Shown here piece after piece: positions 20,786 to 31,933 of a stretch of 64,000 nucleotides of DNA. The stretch is from Vairimorpha necatrix (taxonomy: Eukaryota). A model generated the notes under the pieces. That model saw nothing but the letters and a program-made list of their open reading frames with translations. It did no database searches and was not told the origin of the DNA. The stretch lies in contig CP142726.1 in the NCBI GenBank assembly GCA_036630325.1, positions 1,426,001 to 1,490,000 on the forward strand, read 5' to 3'. Position numbers and translations under genes: made by a program. Numbering within the stretch: position 1 is the first letter of the stretch; the number at the start of each line of letters is the position of its first letter.

Positions 20786-22959
20786 GTACAGTTTCAATAC
20801 TATATATCATATTAGGAGTTTTATTTTTTTTTGTTATAATAATATTTGCAATTATTTTTTATAAATCTATGCGAGATAAATGTAAAAGAAATGATCTTAG
20901 AAATCATCAGATATCATATCCCAACAACCTCTATATGGCCATAAATAAAAATTAAATATTTTAAAATGGCAACTTTTCGTAACTAAGTCTTTTTTATAAC
21001 TCTGACAATGAATAAAATCTCATATACATCACAATAATACTTCTTAGAAATTCATAGAATATTTTATATAGGCAATCGCAAGATAATATGTAAATTAAGA
21101 AAATGTCCAATTCTAGTTGGTATTTAATGTATAAGTATTTATATACTTCTAATGAAAAGTTGCTGAAGTTTTTTAGAAAAACAAAAGAAAACCAAAATGT
21201 AAATAGTACAAAACATTTTATGTTTATTTATGTCACTAAATGCAGATTTAAAATATTAATGCCACACTACAACCTCCCGAAGCTTTCTAAATCAAATCTC
21301 TCTTTTAAACTAAAACCATTCGACTGTTTAATCTCAATTGGAGCAGAGTCCGGCGCGAACCCCCCCCCCCCGTCAGTCGTCGCAATACGAACGACGAACC
21401 AAAAATTATTCTTTTATTTATTATATTATAATATGGAATGAGCCTTAAGAGGCTGGTTTCCCTTTTAATCATTGTTAGTTTGACACAAATTAAAAATAAA
21501 ACATGAAAGGGTGGAATTTCAGCCCTTACCAGGTCATGAAAGAGTTTAAAAACAATAAAACATTTGTTCAATCCTCATAATTGGACACTCCAAAAAATCA
21601 TGAGGCAGCTCTTGATACATTAATTGTGTTTTTTACATGTAACTAGCGATTAAAATTAATTTTTTCATATTATTTTATTTTTTGTGTACATACACATGCC
21701 AAATCAATATGACAGGTTTGAAATTTATACTACAGTCTTATGGCGTCTTTGTATTAATTATAACACCTTAAGACCGGAAAATTTATACGCTTTGGTCAAT
21801 ATTTGGATTTTTTCGGGAAGGCCCGAGAAACTATCCTGAATGACGAAAAAATTTTAAAAAACGATTTAACAATAAGCATTAGCTTGTATTTAAATTTTTC
21901 ATGCATCTTAAACAAGTTTATACTAGTTATTATGACTTAACCATGTTAATATATTGTAATCAATCTACTGGCCTATATATGTAAATATATATGCAAGTCA
22001 AACATTTTAATTAACGCCTAAACATTTTTTAAACATGATACAAGGTATTTTGAGTCTCATATTATAAAATATTCTGTCAAAGACCACCTTAAGTGGGATA
22101 AAAACAATAGTCCACGCAACGCATAATAGAAACTAATAGTATGATTTAATTATAAGTCAATTTTTTATCTCTAAAAAGGTTCAAAAGGGCTCTTGTGTAT
22201 ATTTATTATAATCTTTTTTTTTCATTTCTCAGGTATTTATGCCTTTCTTATAAACTCTTTTCGTTACAACAATTGATGGTCTTATTTACGTGATTGTGAT
22301 TTTAATAATTCTGCATCAAATTTTTCTGTCAGTCTCTGCAGAGAATTTATATAAGATTATTATAGAAAATCATTTAAAGGCGAATTATATTCATCTTAGG
22401 AAAGTTGACTTAAGACTGCTATTAATGTAATCAAAAAAAATAACACAGGCGATAATGTGTTATTATATTCAATAACTTACGTTAATTAAAGTATAAAGTA
22501 AAAGTTTACACTGTAGTATTCTAGCTTGATACGACAAAAAATTAATATTTCAAATTTCACTTTTGTTAGATAAATTTTATATGCATTTAGGCTGTAAAAC
22601 TGCCAAGTTATACAAAGTTTTTTTAAATAATATAAATAAAATAAACTGCCGTCTCTTCTGATCTTTTATACTATTTGCCACCAATCTTAAGATTCCTATG
22701 CTTTCTAAAAAGTTGGAAAAAATATTTGTGAGTAACTATAATTTGAGGTAACGAATCAAAAACATTCTATATTATAGGAAATTACTCTAGGAAGAAGATA
22801 GTGTTTTTTGGTGAGGACTAAATGTAAATGTATACACCTAAATTATAATGGTTAATTTCAAGCGTTTCTTACACATATAACACATATTGTCATGCTTAAC
22901 ATCATTTATAATAGAGCTTTTAGTATGATCATGATTTAATATGTAGTATTCCATGATGC

Positions 22960-23200
22960 GGTAGAAAAAATTAGCTTTACAATTGGCAAGTCAAAAAAAA
23001 GTTATTAAAGTGGTCGATAAATCACTAATTATGAAGGAAAGTTTTGTATTAGAATATATAAGTTTCAAAGAGGGCAAATGAGCAGCATAAAGAAAGAACT
23101 TTAAATAAATTTAGGAGGAGTGTTTAGAAGAACACTGTAATTAAATTTCTTTTTGGCAGTAATGATAAAAAGTCAACTCATTATACATTATTTTCATTTA
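22960..23200 (+). mobile_element. Possible very degraded Merlin-like transposase relic
   Basis: Fragmentary KVIKVVDKS ... QRGQ ... LGGVFRRT reminiscent of the Merlin VEIDES..RGR..GGVER motifs; broken by stops. Confidence 0.25.
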
Positions 23201-23393
23201 AATACATATGCATGATTTATTTATTTAATTGTTACAAGAAAAACTTGTTTTAAAGCTTAAAAATTATTATCAGAAACACGTAATAAAACAAGTTCTTTCC
23301 GCGAAAAAACGAAACAAGTGTTCACACTATTATAAACAAGGCCCAATATTGTTATTATATGAATTTATGGTGATGAATGTAGAAAATTCTAAG

Positions 23394-23460
23394 GTGCCCT
23401 TAGCCGTGGTCGAGGGCGATGTTTCCATTAATCAATGGCTGGGTTCGAATCAAGGGGCAC
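23394..23460 (+). pseudogene. tRNA-like (A-box/B-box) sequence, possible SINE head
   Basis: GTGCCCT...GGGGCAC terminal pairing, TAGCCGTGGTC A-box-like, GGTTCGAATC B-box; no proper anticodon arm. Confidence 0.5.
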
Positions 23461-23549
23461 AAAATTGTTTTTACTTTCTATGATGCAGTTGGAACAACTT
23501 GTATGATAAAAATATTTATGATAATCAATAAAACCATTCAAAGAAACTT

Positions 23550-23877
23550 GTGTGTGTCCTGCCACAAGGGGATTAGCATCTAGTGTAAGAACGCACCTCA
23601 AAACCTAAAAACAGTATCACCCTTGTAATAACTTAATGATACATAAAAGTATCTAATGGGTACGGCCTAGTTGGAGCCCATGGATGTTGCACTCTAGAGT
23701 GGGACACTAGAGCTAACCAAGAGACTAGACGAAGTAGGGCAATAGAAGGTCTCGTGGACCCCATCCTACGAGATTCTGTAATCGGTGGCCGAAACTAGTG
23801 GGAGACTGGTGGTCAATGCAGCCCAATAAAACGCCATGATGATGATGTGGTCGGGAGCATTTCCATTTTACGCCCCC
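23550..23877. repeat. GC-rich structured non-coding repeat, segment A (copy 1)
   Basis: Several hairpins; AAGAGACTAGACGAAGTAG is an exact reverse-complement match to ~36874-36892. Confidence 0.6.
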
Positions 23878-24715
23878 TATATATATTCATAATAATTTAA
23901 AAAAAATAGCCCTGATTTTCAAAATTCGAAGCGGACAGAATGATGAGGAAAAAAATCTCAAAAAATTCTAATAAAAAAGACAATACATGAATAAACAAAT
24001 TTCATTTTCGTTCTTTTAATTTATATTTTTTTTAATTTTACTACCTACTTGATTAAATCTGTACTTATTATACATTATTCTGTATAATAAAAAGATATAT
24101 TCATGAAAATATATAATAAACATTTAACACAACTAATTTATAATGTTATAAATAAAAAAAAAAGTAAAAACATATATTAATATTAATTCATGGAAGATAA
24201 TGTATAGTAGTTTATATACTATGGTTTACAATTTTTAAAATATATAATACATAAGAATGATTTTAAGAACTACAATATGAGATTTTGAATTTTTTTTCGT
24301 CCGTAAAAACCAACAAATTAACAAAGATCTAATTTTTTATACATAGTAAAAATAATTATAAATTAATCTATAATCTGTTTTATACAGCATAAAAAAAATG
24401 AAAACATTTCTATAAGCTTTATAATCTAATAATAATGACATAAAATAATAAAGATCTTCTTTGTTCTTATACAGTTTATTTTAACTCATTTAAAAAAAAA
24501 TATTAAATGTATTTATTTTCCATAATGGGGTTCAAAAATATAAGAATATATAACATCAAATTAAATTTAACCTCATGTTTTACATATAATATGATCAAAT
24601 TAGAACTTAATAAAACTATTTTTATTACTTCATAAATTATTTATTTTCTCTTTTTTTACATTTTGATTTTCCAAAAAAGGTATATTTTATAAAATTGGTA
24701 TTTATATATGTAATT

Positions 24716-25050
24716 ATGGGCGTAAAGTGGAAATCGGCCTGTGGTTGTGTAAAAGTCGTGTGTGTAATACAGATGATTGTAGGGACCTTTAAAACAGTAC
24801 GATGATGCCTCTCCTCGGGTCATAGATAACCATGCCCGTTAAAAAAATCCGCTATGAGGTCACTCTGGACGCGATTTGAGGTATAAATGGAAAGTGGTCT
24901 TCTGGAGCCAAAGTATATTGGAGACTGCGGAGCTTGCTGAACCGGCAAGTTGTATGGTGAGAGTTTTAGTGAGTAAGAATCTCACAGTACCAGCTGTATA
25001 AGGATCTCGCACAAACTTCTCTGGTCCTATGTAAGGTTTCCCCTACCTCT
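24716..25050 (+). repeat. GC-rich structured non-coding repeat, segment B (copy 1)
   Basis: Shares GAGTTTTAGTGAGTAAGAATCTC.CAGTA.CAG and other collinear blocks with minus-strand copies at ~30.2-30.7 kb and ~36.5-36.85 kb. Confidence 0.7.
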
Positions 25051-25781
25051 TATTTGCAACAAAAAAAACTGAAACAACTAGAGCTCTCAACTAATATTCT
25101 TCATTTAATTTATTTTGACAAGTTTCATTCTCTATTACGGTATTTTCTTCACACTTTCTATATTATTCAAATACCACACACATTTGTTCTAAGGGGGGGA
25201 GTTACATCTTATTTAATATTCTTGATAGATGAGCAGGTCGGTTTCTGTGTTCTATCAATATAATATTATTAAGATAAATAAACGTCAACGAATTGTCTTA
25301 TAAAAATAGTATTCCAAATTTAACACCTATTTTACATTTTGAATTCTAAATGAGCAGTTTCATTATATGTTATGAACGTACAATGGCACATTTAATGTCT
25401 TTTTTATGAATCTGATGCTTCCAAACAGATGTAAAAATCTTCAATGTCATAATTTCATAACATCACTCATTTCTTTCTTTGCAAAGGGGTAATTAAAGTT
25501 TAAACCTAATGTTTTTTTTACACAAATGCCGATTTTCATCTTAATCTATTGATATGGAAATTTTTTCATTTTAATTATTTTTGCATTATTGTGGCACACG
25601 AGCCCGCCGCTGGAGCGTCGATATATATATATATATGACATTGGGTTGTATACTTTTAAATCGATTTTTTGGACATTCAATTTTTATTAAATTACCTCGA
25701 AAAATAAGTTTTAAAAGAAGGTAATCGAACCCCAAATTACTAACGACCTATATTTTAAACATAAATACACGAAGTACATTC

Positions 25782-26456
25782 TGTTGTACGTAAAACTGTT
25801 ATTAGAAAACATGGTTTTAATTATGTACTGAATTTATAGTCCAAATGTCAAAAGTCAGATTTCATGTGTCAAATGTCTTTTGGTAAATAATCAGATAACA
25901 TTGACATGTTATACTTTCGACACATTTCAATACATAGGTTATCTTGATTCAAAAGTCATGTGTTTTTTAGCTTCCTATTTTATAGCTTTTAATGTAATAA
26001 TGTCTTTCGTAATTTTTGTTGTTTTCTTAGACACCATATTAATCAAGTACTTATCTTACACCTATTTACATAATTTTTTTTATATTTTAAATTTTATATT
26101 GCTTCAATGTTAAATACAAGAATTAGTACACTTTTTAATGTAGTATCAATCATGCAACTTCTATTGTTAGTTTGTTACTTTGGCTCTATTTAATGGGCAG
26201 CATAAATCTTTGACATGTCTCAAAAAATATGTGACAAAAGATTTTTATTATATCTACCTATATGATGTGTCATATACATCGCACAGATACCAAAAGTGTA
26301 ATTTTAAATAGAGATGTTGAAAGTATAACATGTCAAATGTCATACAATTCGTTATCAAATGACATTCGACACAAGATATTTGACATGTGACATTTGGACT
26401 ATAAATTCAGTAAATAAATAACCCCATGTTTTCTAATAACAGTTCTGCGTACAACA
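25782..26456. mobile_element. MITE/foldback-like element with ~140-bp terminal inverted repeats
   Basis: TGTTGTACG.A.AACTGTTATTAGAAAACATGG...TACTGAATTTATAGTCCAAATGTCA... at the left end is mirrored at the right end; no coding capacity; no clear TSD. Confidence 0.85.
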
Positions 26457-27146
26457 AGAGAAATAAAACTGTGGAGTGTTTTTTATATTTGATATAATAC
26501 ATTATTTTAGAAAGAGATTTTTCCAAAAAATCGACAAAAAAATCAAGGAAATACTAAAAAACAATATCGATCATGTTTAGAAAGATTAAATATTTTGCAC
26601 TTACAATTATTTCTATCTACTATAAAATTCCACAAAATCGATTTCAATACTTTTAAGATTGTTTTAGTAGTACTATTTAGCTAAAATTAATTTTTGCTGA
26701 TTTTTTTTTAAAACTAATTAAATTTTTGAGGAAAAAAATGTTCTTAAGTTTGTTTAAGCTTACCTTTCACTAATGTAAATCTTCAATTATTGTCATACAT
26801 AACTTCCCCAATCTTTTATTGTCTCTTTCTCATTTTCTCTTTCTGTCAAACCTTTCTCTGCTATTAAAATTTTTACAATCAAAATTTTTTTTGAAAATTT
26901 TTACAATAAATATTTATTTAATAAAATTTTATTTTCGCTAGAACGAGAAATTTGACATGTGTAAAAATACAATCTACGAAAATTATTTAATAAATTATAC
27001 TTTAAAGTTTTCGTTCAATAATGATTGCCTAGACAGCAACAATAATACAAATATGGTCAATTCTTATTTTAAACTTCATTTTATACAGCTAGTAAGAGAC
27101 CTGTCAAATATAATTACTATTTAAAGAAAAAAAAAAATTCAGCCCC

Positions 27147-28073
27147 ATGAGTTTGCTACTTAGAATTTTTGTGTTCACTGCACTTTTACTAAATGCAAGT
27201 CGAAATGATTTTGAGAGCCTTGAAAACTATTTCAATATCATCAACGATGAACACGCTTGCAGAAGATTTAATCATATACTGGAAGATGGGGAAATTGCGT
27301 CAAAGGGTATAGAAACGTGGCGTAAGCTGGTCTGGGATGAAGTAACAACAAATAGTATTTTTAAAGATATGATTCGGAATACTAAATTGAGAGAACGTTT
27401 AGATTACTTAAAAGAAAAATTTTTAATACCCATTACTGCTAACTACAAAGTACGCGGAATAAATGAGGGGAACTTAAGCGAACCAGAAAAAAAATTTATC
27501 GATAACCTCATACATATTACAAAAGATATGTATGAAACATATAATTCGTGTAATAAGGATTTATCTGATAACGATATATCTTTTGAGGAAAATTTTAAAA
27601 AAATAATTAATAATAATATTTGTTTTAAACAAGCGGGGAATGAAATACCTTTTGTTATTTTGAAAAAGTGCGGAGGTAAAAAAAATTTTTATAAGACTTG
27701 TTTTGATAATTCTGGTGCTGAAGCTTTCTCGAAAGCCGTCATAGATAATCAAAATGAAGTATTGAATGCGAATTGCACTAATGAAATCTATGAATTTAAG
27801 GATGTTTATATGCCTAATATGACTGAATTATGTAATAGCAAAAATATTACTGATCCTAAGACAACAGAAACTATTGCAAAATACTTTAAGGACTGGAATA
27901 TTACGGAAATATGTGATTCAGAAAATACAAGTTCGGGATTGACATCGAATCAAATTCATATGTTGTGGATGGTTTTAATTCCAGCCGCATTTTTATTTGG
28001 ATTTATAATTTATAATTGTTTTCGTCCCAATCCAAAAAAATGTTCGAATTTAGATGATTATTTAAATCATTAA
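27147..28073 (+). CDS. Type I membrane/surface protein family member (signal peptide + Cys-conserved ectodomain + C-terminal TM)
   Basis: CCCC-ATG; paralog of 19886 (LVW.E.TT...FK.MIR, YNSC, NIC.KQ.G, VILKKC.G, YEFKDV..PN, TELCN); TM MLWMVLIPAAFLFGFIIY. Confidence 0.85.
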   Translation: MSLLLRIFVFTALLLNASRNDFESLENYFNIINDEHACRRFNHILEDGEIASKGIETWRKLVWDEVTTNSIFKDMIRNTKLRERLDYLKEKFLIPITANYKVRGINEGNLSEPEKKFIDNLIHITKDMYETYNSCNKDLSDNDISFEENFKKIINNNICFKQAGNEIPFVILKKCGGKKNFYKTCFDNSGAEAFSKAVIDNQNEVLNANCTNEIYEFKDVYMPNMTELCNSKNITDPKTTETIAKYFKDWNITEICDSENTSSGLTSNQIHMLWMVLIPAAFLFGFIIYNCFRPNPKKCSNLDDYLNH

Positions 28074-30224
28074 ACTTAATATTTTTACCTTACAAATTAT
28101 ATATAATCTACCTAATATTTTATATTATTTTTTTTAGCATAAACATTATTACTTTGCATATTATTCCTCTCATATGCTCGTAGCACATTCTATGTATTCA
28201 TTAAAAATCTTATCACTGATCTGTTTCCTTGATAAAATATACATAATAGTGTAATTTAAAAATTATGAAAACAGAAACATATCTATGAACAATCATTTAA
28301 ATTGAAGGTTACTTTTTACAAACCTAGATAAAATATTTTATTAATATCATATTAATAAGCTATCAAATTTAAATAAAAAATAGTTAAATTTTTTTAAACA
28401 ATATTAAAATCTATCTAAAACATAAAATAAGACTGCGAAATAATGTTGACTTTAAGAAAAGGCAATTTTATTTATATCGAATTACCAAGACGATTATTTT
28501 TTTATAAAAAATGAGGATCTGCTTTTATCTATATTCTTGGCGTAAAAAAATTAAAAAATAGAAGAGGTGTCAGATTTTATTAGTATTAAAAACTTCATCT
28601 TTGAATAATATATGGAATTGTAGTCGAGATAACACAAAAGACGACTGAAAAAATCTTAAAAAGAAGGCATGTACAATATATTAAAAAACGAAAAAACATG
28701 GAAATTGTTGAAACGCATGGTATTATTAATACTCGACGATAGATGTTATGCCAGCTTCTAATATGAACAATGGGGAGTTGTCGAAAAAATGAATTGTCTC
28801 TAATAAGTTCAGATTAATTTAGATAAAAGGTAAGGCAAACTTCTTATAGTATCTTATATATGATTGTGATACGGGCGTAGTTTTCATTAATTCAATTATA
28901 TAAAGATCTTGTGTAGTCGTTAGATCTGTATGACTTTACTGCATGTAAATATAAAATATAAGAAAACAAATAGATAATTTAATGCTTTTTACATTTATAC
29001 ATAAACACACATTTAAAAATAAAGGTTAGACAAAGACAATAGATTATCATGTGATTAATAAGCAGAAAAGAGTAATGTAAAAAGTAAAAATTTATATGAG
29101 CAAGCAGTATTATTTTTCTCTTTGTAAAAACTTAAAATACAAGGACTGTGATTTTTTTGCAAAATAACTTGTAAATAAATCTCAGAGAAGAATGGTTGTT
29201 CATATGGTGACATGGAAAAATTAATATTATAAAAAGTACTTAAGTGCGCCAGAAATTCAACCCTACCCGAGCAATACAAACGTCTATTGTGCTAAAAAAT
29301 TATCAATAGTTTAGCTCTCTGGATCAATACAATATGTAAATAGCACTATATAAATGACCCTTAAATTCTTATTCAAGAAATTAACTAGTAAATGGATGAT
29401 ATGTGTTCAAAGGGCACTGGATAATTTATAGAGCTACGAGTATAACAATTCTATAAAACCAAAAAATCGAGAAAGCCAAATCCTATAAAACAATCTTAAT
29501 CTATCTACTATCCATAAACAAAACTATGTTAATTTAACGAATTCATGCTTTTGATCGACCAATTTAATTATTTTATACTATACATTCATATTTATGTCAG
29601 CAACACCCAAATGATTAATGTGCAAGGTTTAATGTTTTTTCTGTATTCTTAAGACATTTTACTAAATAATAGACATAATTAGACAATTTGTGAAGAATAT
29701 ATGTAATTTTTTTAGATTTAAATTTCATTATTAAGATATTTCTTCCGAACAATATAATATAAACGATATGAATATAATTTTTGTTTATTAGTAGCAAGAT
29801 GACATTTTTTTTTGTAAGAACTGAATTATATTCAACTTTATACATCATTTTAATCAAAATTAGGAAACATAAATCTTCGTTACTAGTGGTAAATCTTATT
29901 TGCAAAATTATGTTTTTAATTTTTATCTGGAGCTCTATATAAACGCGGCGGCAACATACAAAATATTGAAATATCATAAAAAAAAAAAGTTAAAACATTT
30001 TTTCGTGATGTGATGCAGACTTTTTTTCACGATACTAATAGTAAAAATAAACTATTTTTGTTGTGCTTATATCTATAATTTGTCTTAATCGCGGAGGTAT
30101 ATGAGTCTAGACTTCGTATGGAGAGCATCAAAAATAGTAATAAAGAATAACAAAATCTTAAAGCAGAAACTAAAAATTATAAAGTTGCAATATAAAATAA
30201 TAATTTAACGCTAATTTTGCAAGT

Positions 30225-30700
30225 AGGGGTAGGAAACAACCTTACAATACAGAAGTCCTTAGTGTAAACACTGTATAATTGATACTTTGAGCTTTTTACT
30301 CATTGAACAACATATATTAAATTTGCCGGTGTAACAAATTAAGCTTTAATTTTTTAATTTGGCTTTATAAGAATTATTGGCTTCTTTATAAATCTGGTCT
30401 AGAAATATTCACAGAGAAAAATAAAATAAATACAACTTATATAAACAGTTAAAATATTATAGCACTAATATGGAATGGCCCTACAAACAAATACAACTCG
30501 CAATGCTTTCTTATAGCACCTTCTCTCCAGTTCGGCATTTTATCGACAGCGTGGCCGCTACTTTCCATCCAGACTCGTTTAGAGCATTTCGGATTTTTTT
30601 TTGCATGAATGCCATGACAAGTATGTACCACTTTTTTTAAACCTTAATGATCCAAAGGATCCCACATAGAGGCATATTCATCTGAATTTGAATAATTAAG
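30225..30700 (-). repeat. Structured repeat segment B (diverged copy 2)
   Basis: Collinear blocks CAGATGA, AAAAAAATCCG, TGGAAAGT, TTG....ACCGGCAA, TGAGTAA, TGTAAGGTT..CCTACC. Confidence 0.55.
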
Positions 30701-30887
30701 TTTGCAATTTGAGCACTGATGATTAGATTTGAACTTGCAAAATTTCAGGTCTAGAAGTGTTTTCTAACTAAGCTTAAATACTGCGTGGCTCGACGCACTA
30801 AAGATTCATATTTAATTTAACAATTGCCGTAAAAACAATTTATTATCCGAAAAAAATCAATACATTTAAGTAACAGAATTCCTTATA

Positions 30888-30955
30888 GTACTAGAAGGGA
30901 ATCGATCCCAGTTCTTCTTTATTCAAACTTTTCTTGACCACAAAGCTACGCGCAC
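30888..30955 (-). pseudogene. tRNA-like (A-box/B-box) sequence, similar to 23394-23460
   Basis: Minus strand GTGCGCG-TAGCTTTGTGGTC...CTGGGATCGATTCCC...GTAC. Confidence 0.4.
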
Positions 30956-31467
30956 TTGCGGAATTGCGCAGCTCTTTGAGCCCATATCACACGCGAACAT
31001 AGACGACTTCTTTCGCGCAGATAATTTTATATATGGCTTCTAATTTTTTTTATTATAATATATCATAGTTTATCATTTTTTTCCCGATCCCACGAGCCTT
31101 AGCCGAGTCGTAAAATTACATATAAACTATAATTTATATATATATATAATGGGTTCTTACACGATTAAGCCTTGGCATTTGCGAGTTTTAGACAAAAAAC
31201 ATCATTAGAATATATTACTTCCAATAAATTAAGTTTATATTGGTACGGAAATAATATTTCTGTATATTTTTCCATAATTAATGAAAATATATGATTTTTA
31301 TTGATAAATTTTTTTTATTCGAAAATGTAATTCATAATGATGCGATTTAATGAAAATTTAATATATTTTATATGTGTACTATACAAGTACTTGTTTCTAT
31401 ATAGTTACATGCAAAAGTAGATAGCCCAGTTGGATTTATCTGTGTATGTCTTTTTATTTTGATATTT

Positions 31468-31540
31468 AATACTTAATAAAATTTTGATATTAAATACTTA
31501 ATAAAATTTTTATATTAAATACTTAATAAAATTTTGATAG
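31468..31540. repeat. Tandem repeat, 25-bp unit x3
   Basis: AATACTTAATAAAATTTT(G/T)ATATTA repeated. Confidence 0.85.
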
Positions 31541-31933
31541 TAATTTTGAGTATATGAAAAAGTAGAGCTCGGAGTTTTCTGATGAGCTTATTAAATTTCT
31601 ATAATATATTTGACGGGTTATAGTTGTTCAATCTCGTAAATACACTTAAGATGCTTAAAAGTTTAAAGTCAACACGAGAATAGTCTTAGCTTGACTCATA
31701 GGCACAAGTTTTCAATCATTTATAGTATTATGTAAATTATGCGCGATATATTTGTAAATTTTTATATAAAAACTAATATTATCACTTATGTGTCCAATTT
31801 ATTTTGGGGTAACCTATTCTTAGGTAGACAAGGTAAAGAAAAATTAATACTAAAATCATAAGAGGGAATATGATTTTTTGGTATCTTACAATGTTTAACA
31901 TTATTTTTATAAAAAATTTGTAGTTTATTTTTT

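Noticed and set aside
21103-21571. Overlapping 112-aa and 88-aa ORFs
   Set aside because: No start motif or domain signal; they cross a C-homopolymer; probably non-coding.
24000-24530. CCCC-ATT-ATG on the minus strand suggesting a gene in the spacer
   Set aside because: The frame closes after six codons; at most an unrecognisable pseudogene.
28470-29500. Possible transposase remnants
   Set aside because: No motif convincing enough to assign.
31468-31540. Short direct repeats (also 49918-50050) as a CRISPR-like array
   Set aside because: Contiguous units with no unique spacers, no cas genes, eukaryotic context.
31579-31600. CTGATGAG hammerhead-like core
   Set aside because: No stem II followed by GAAA and no flanking helices.
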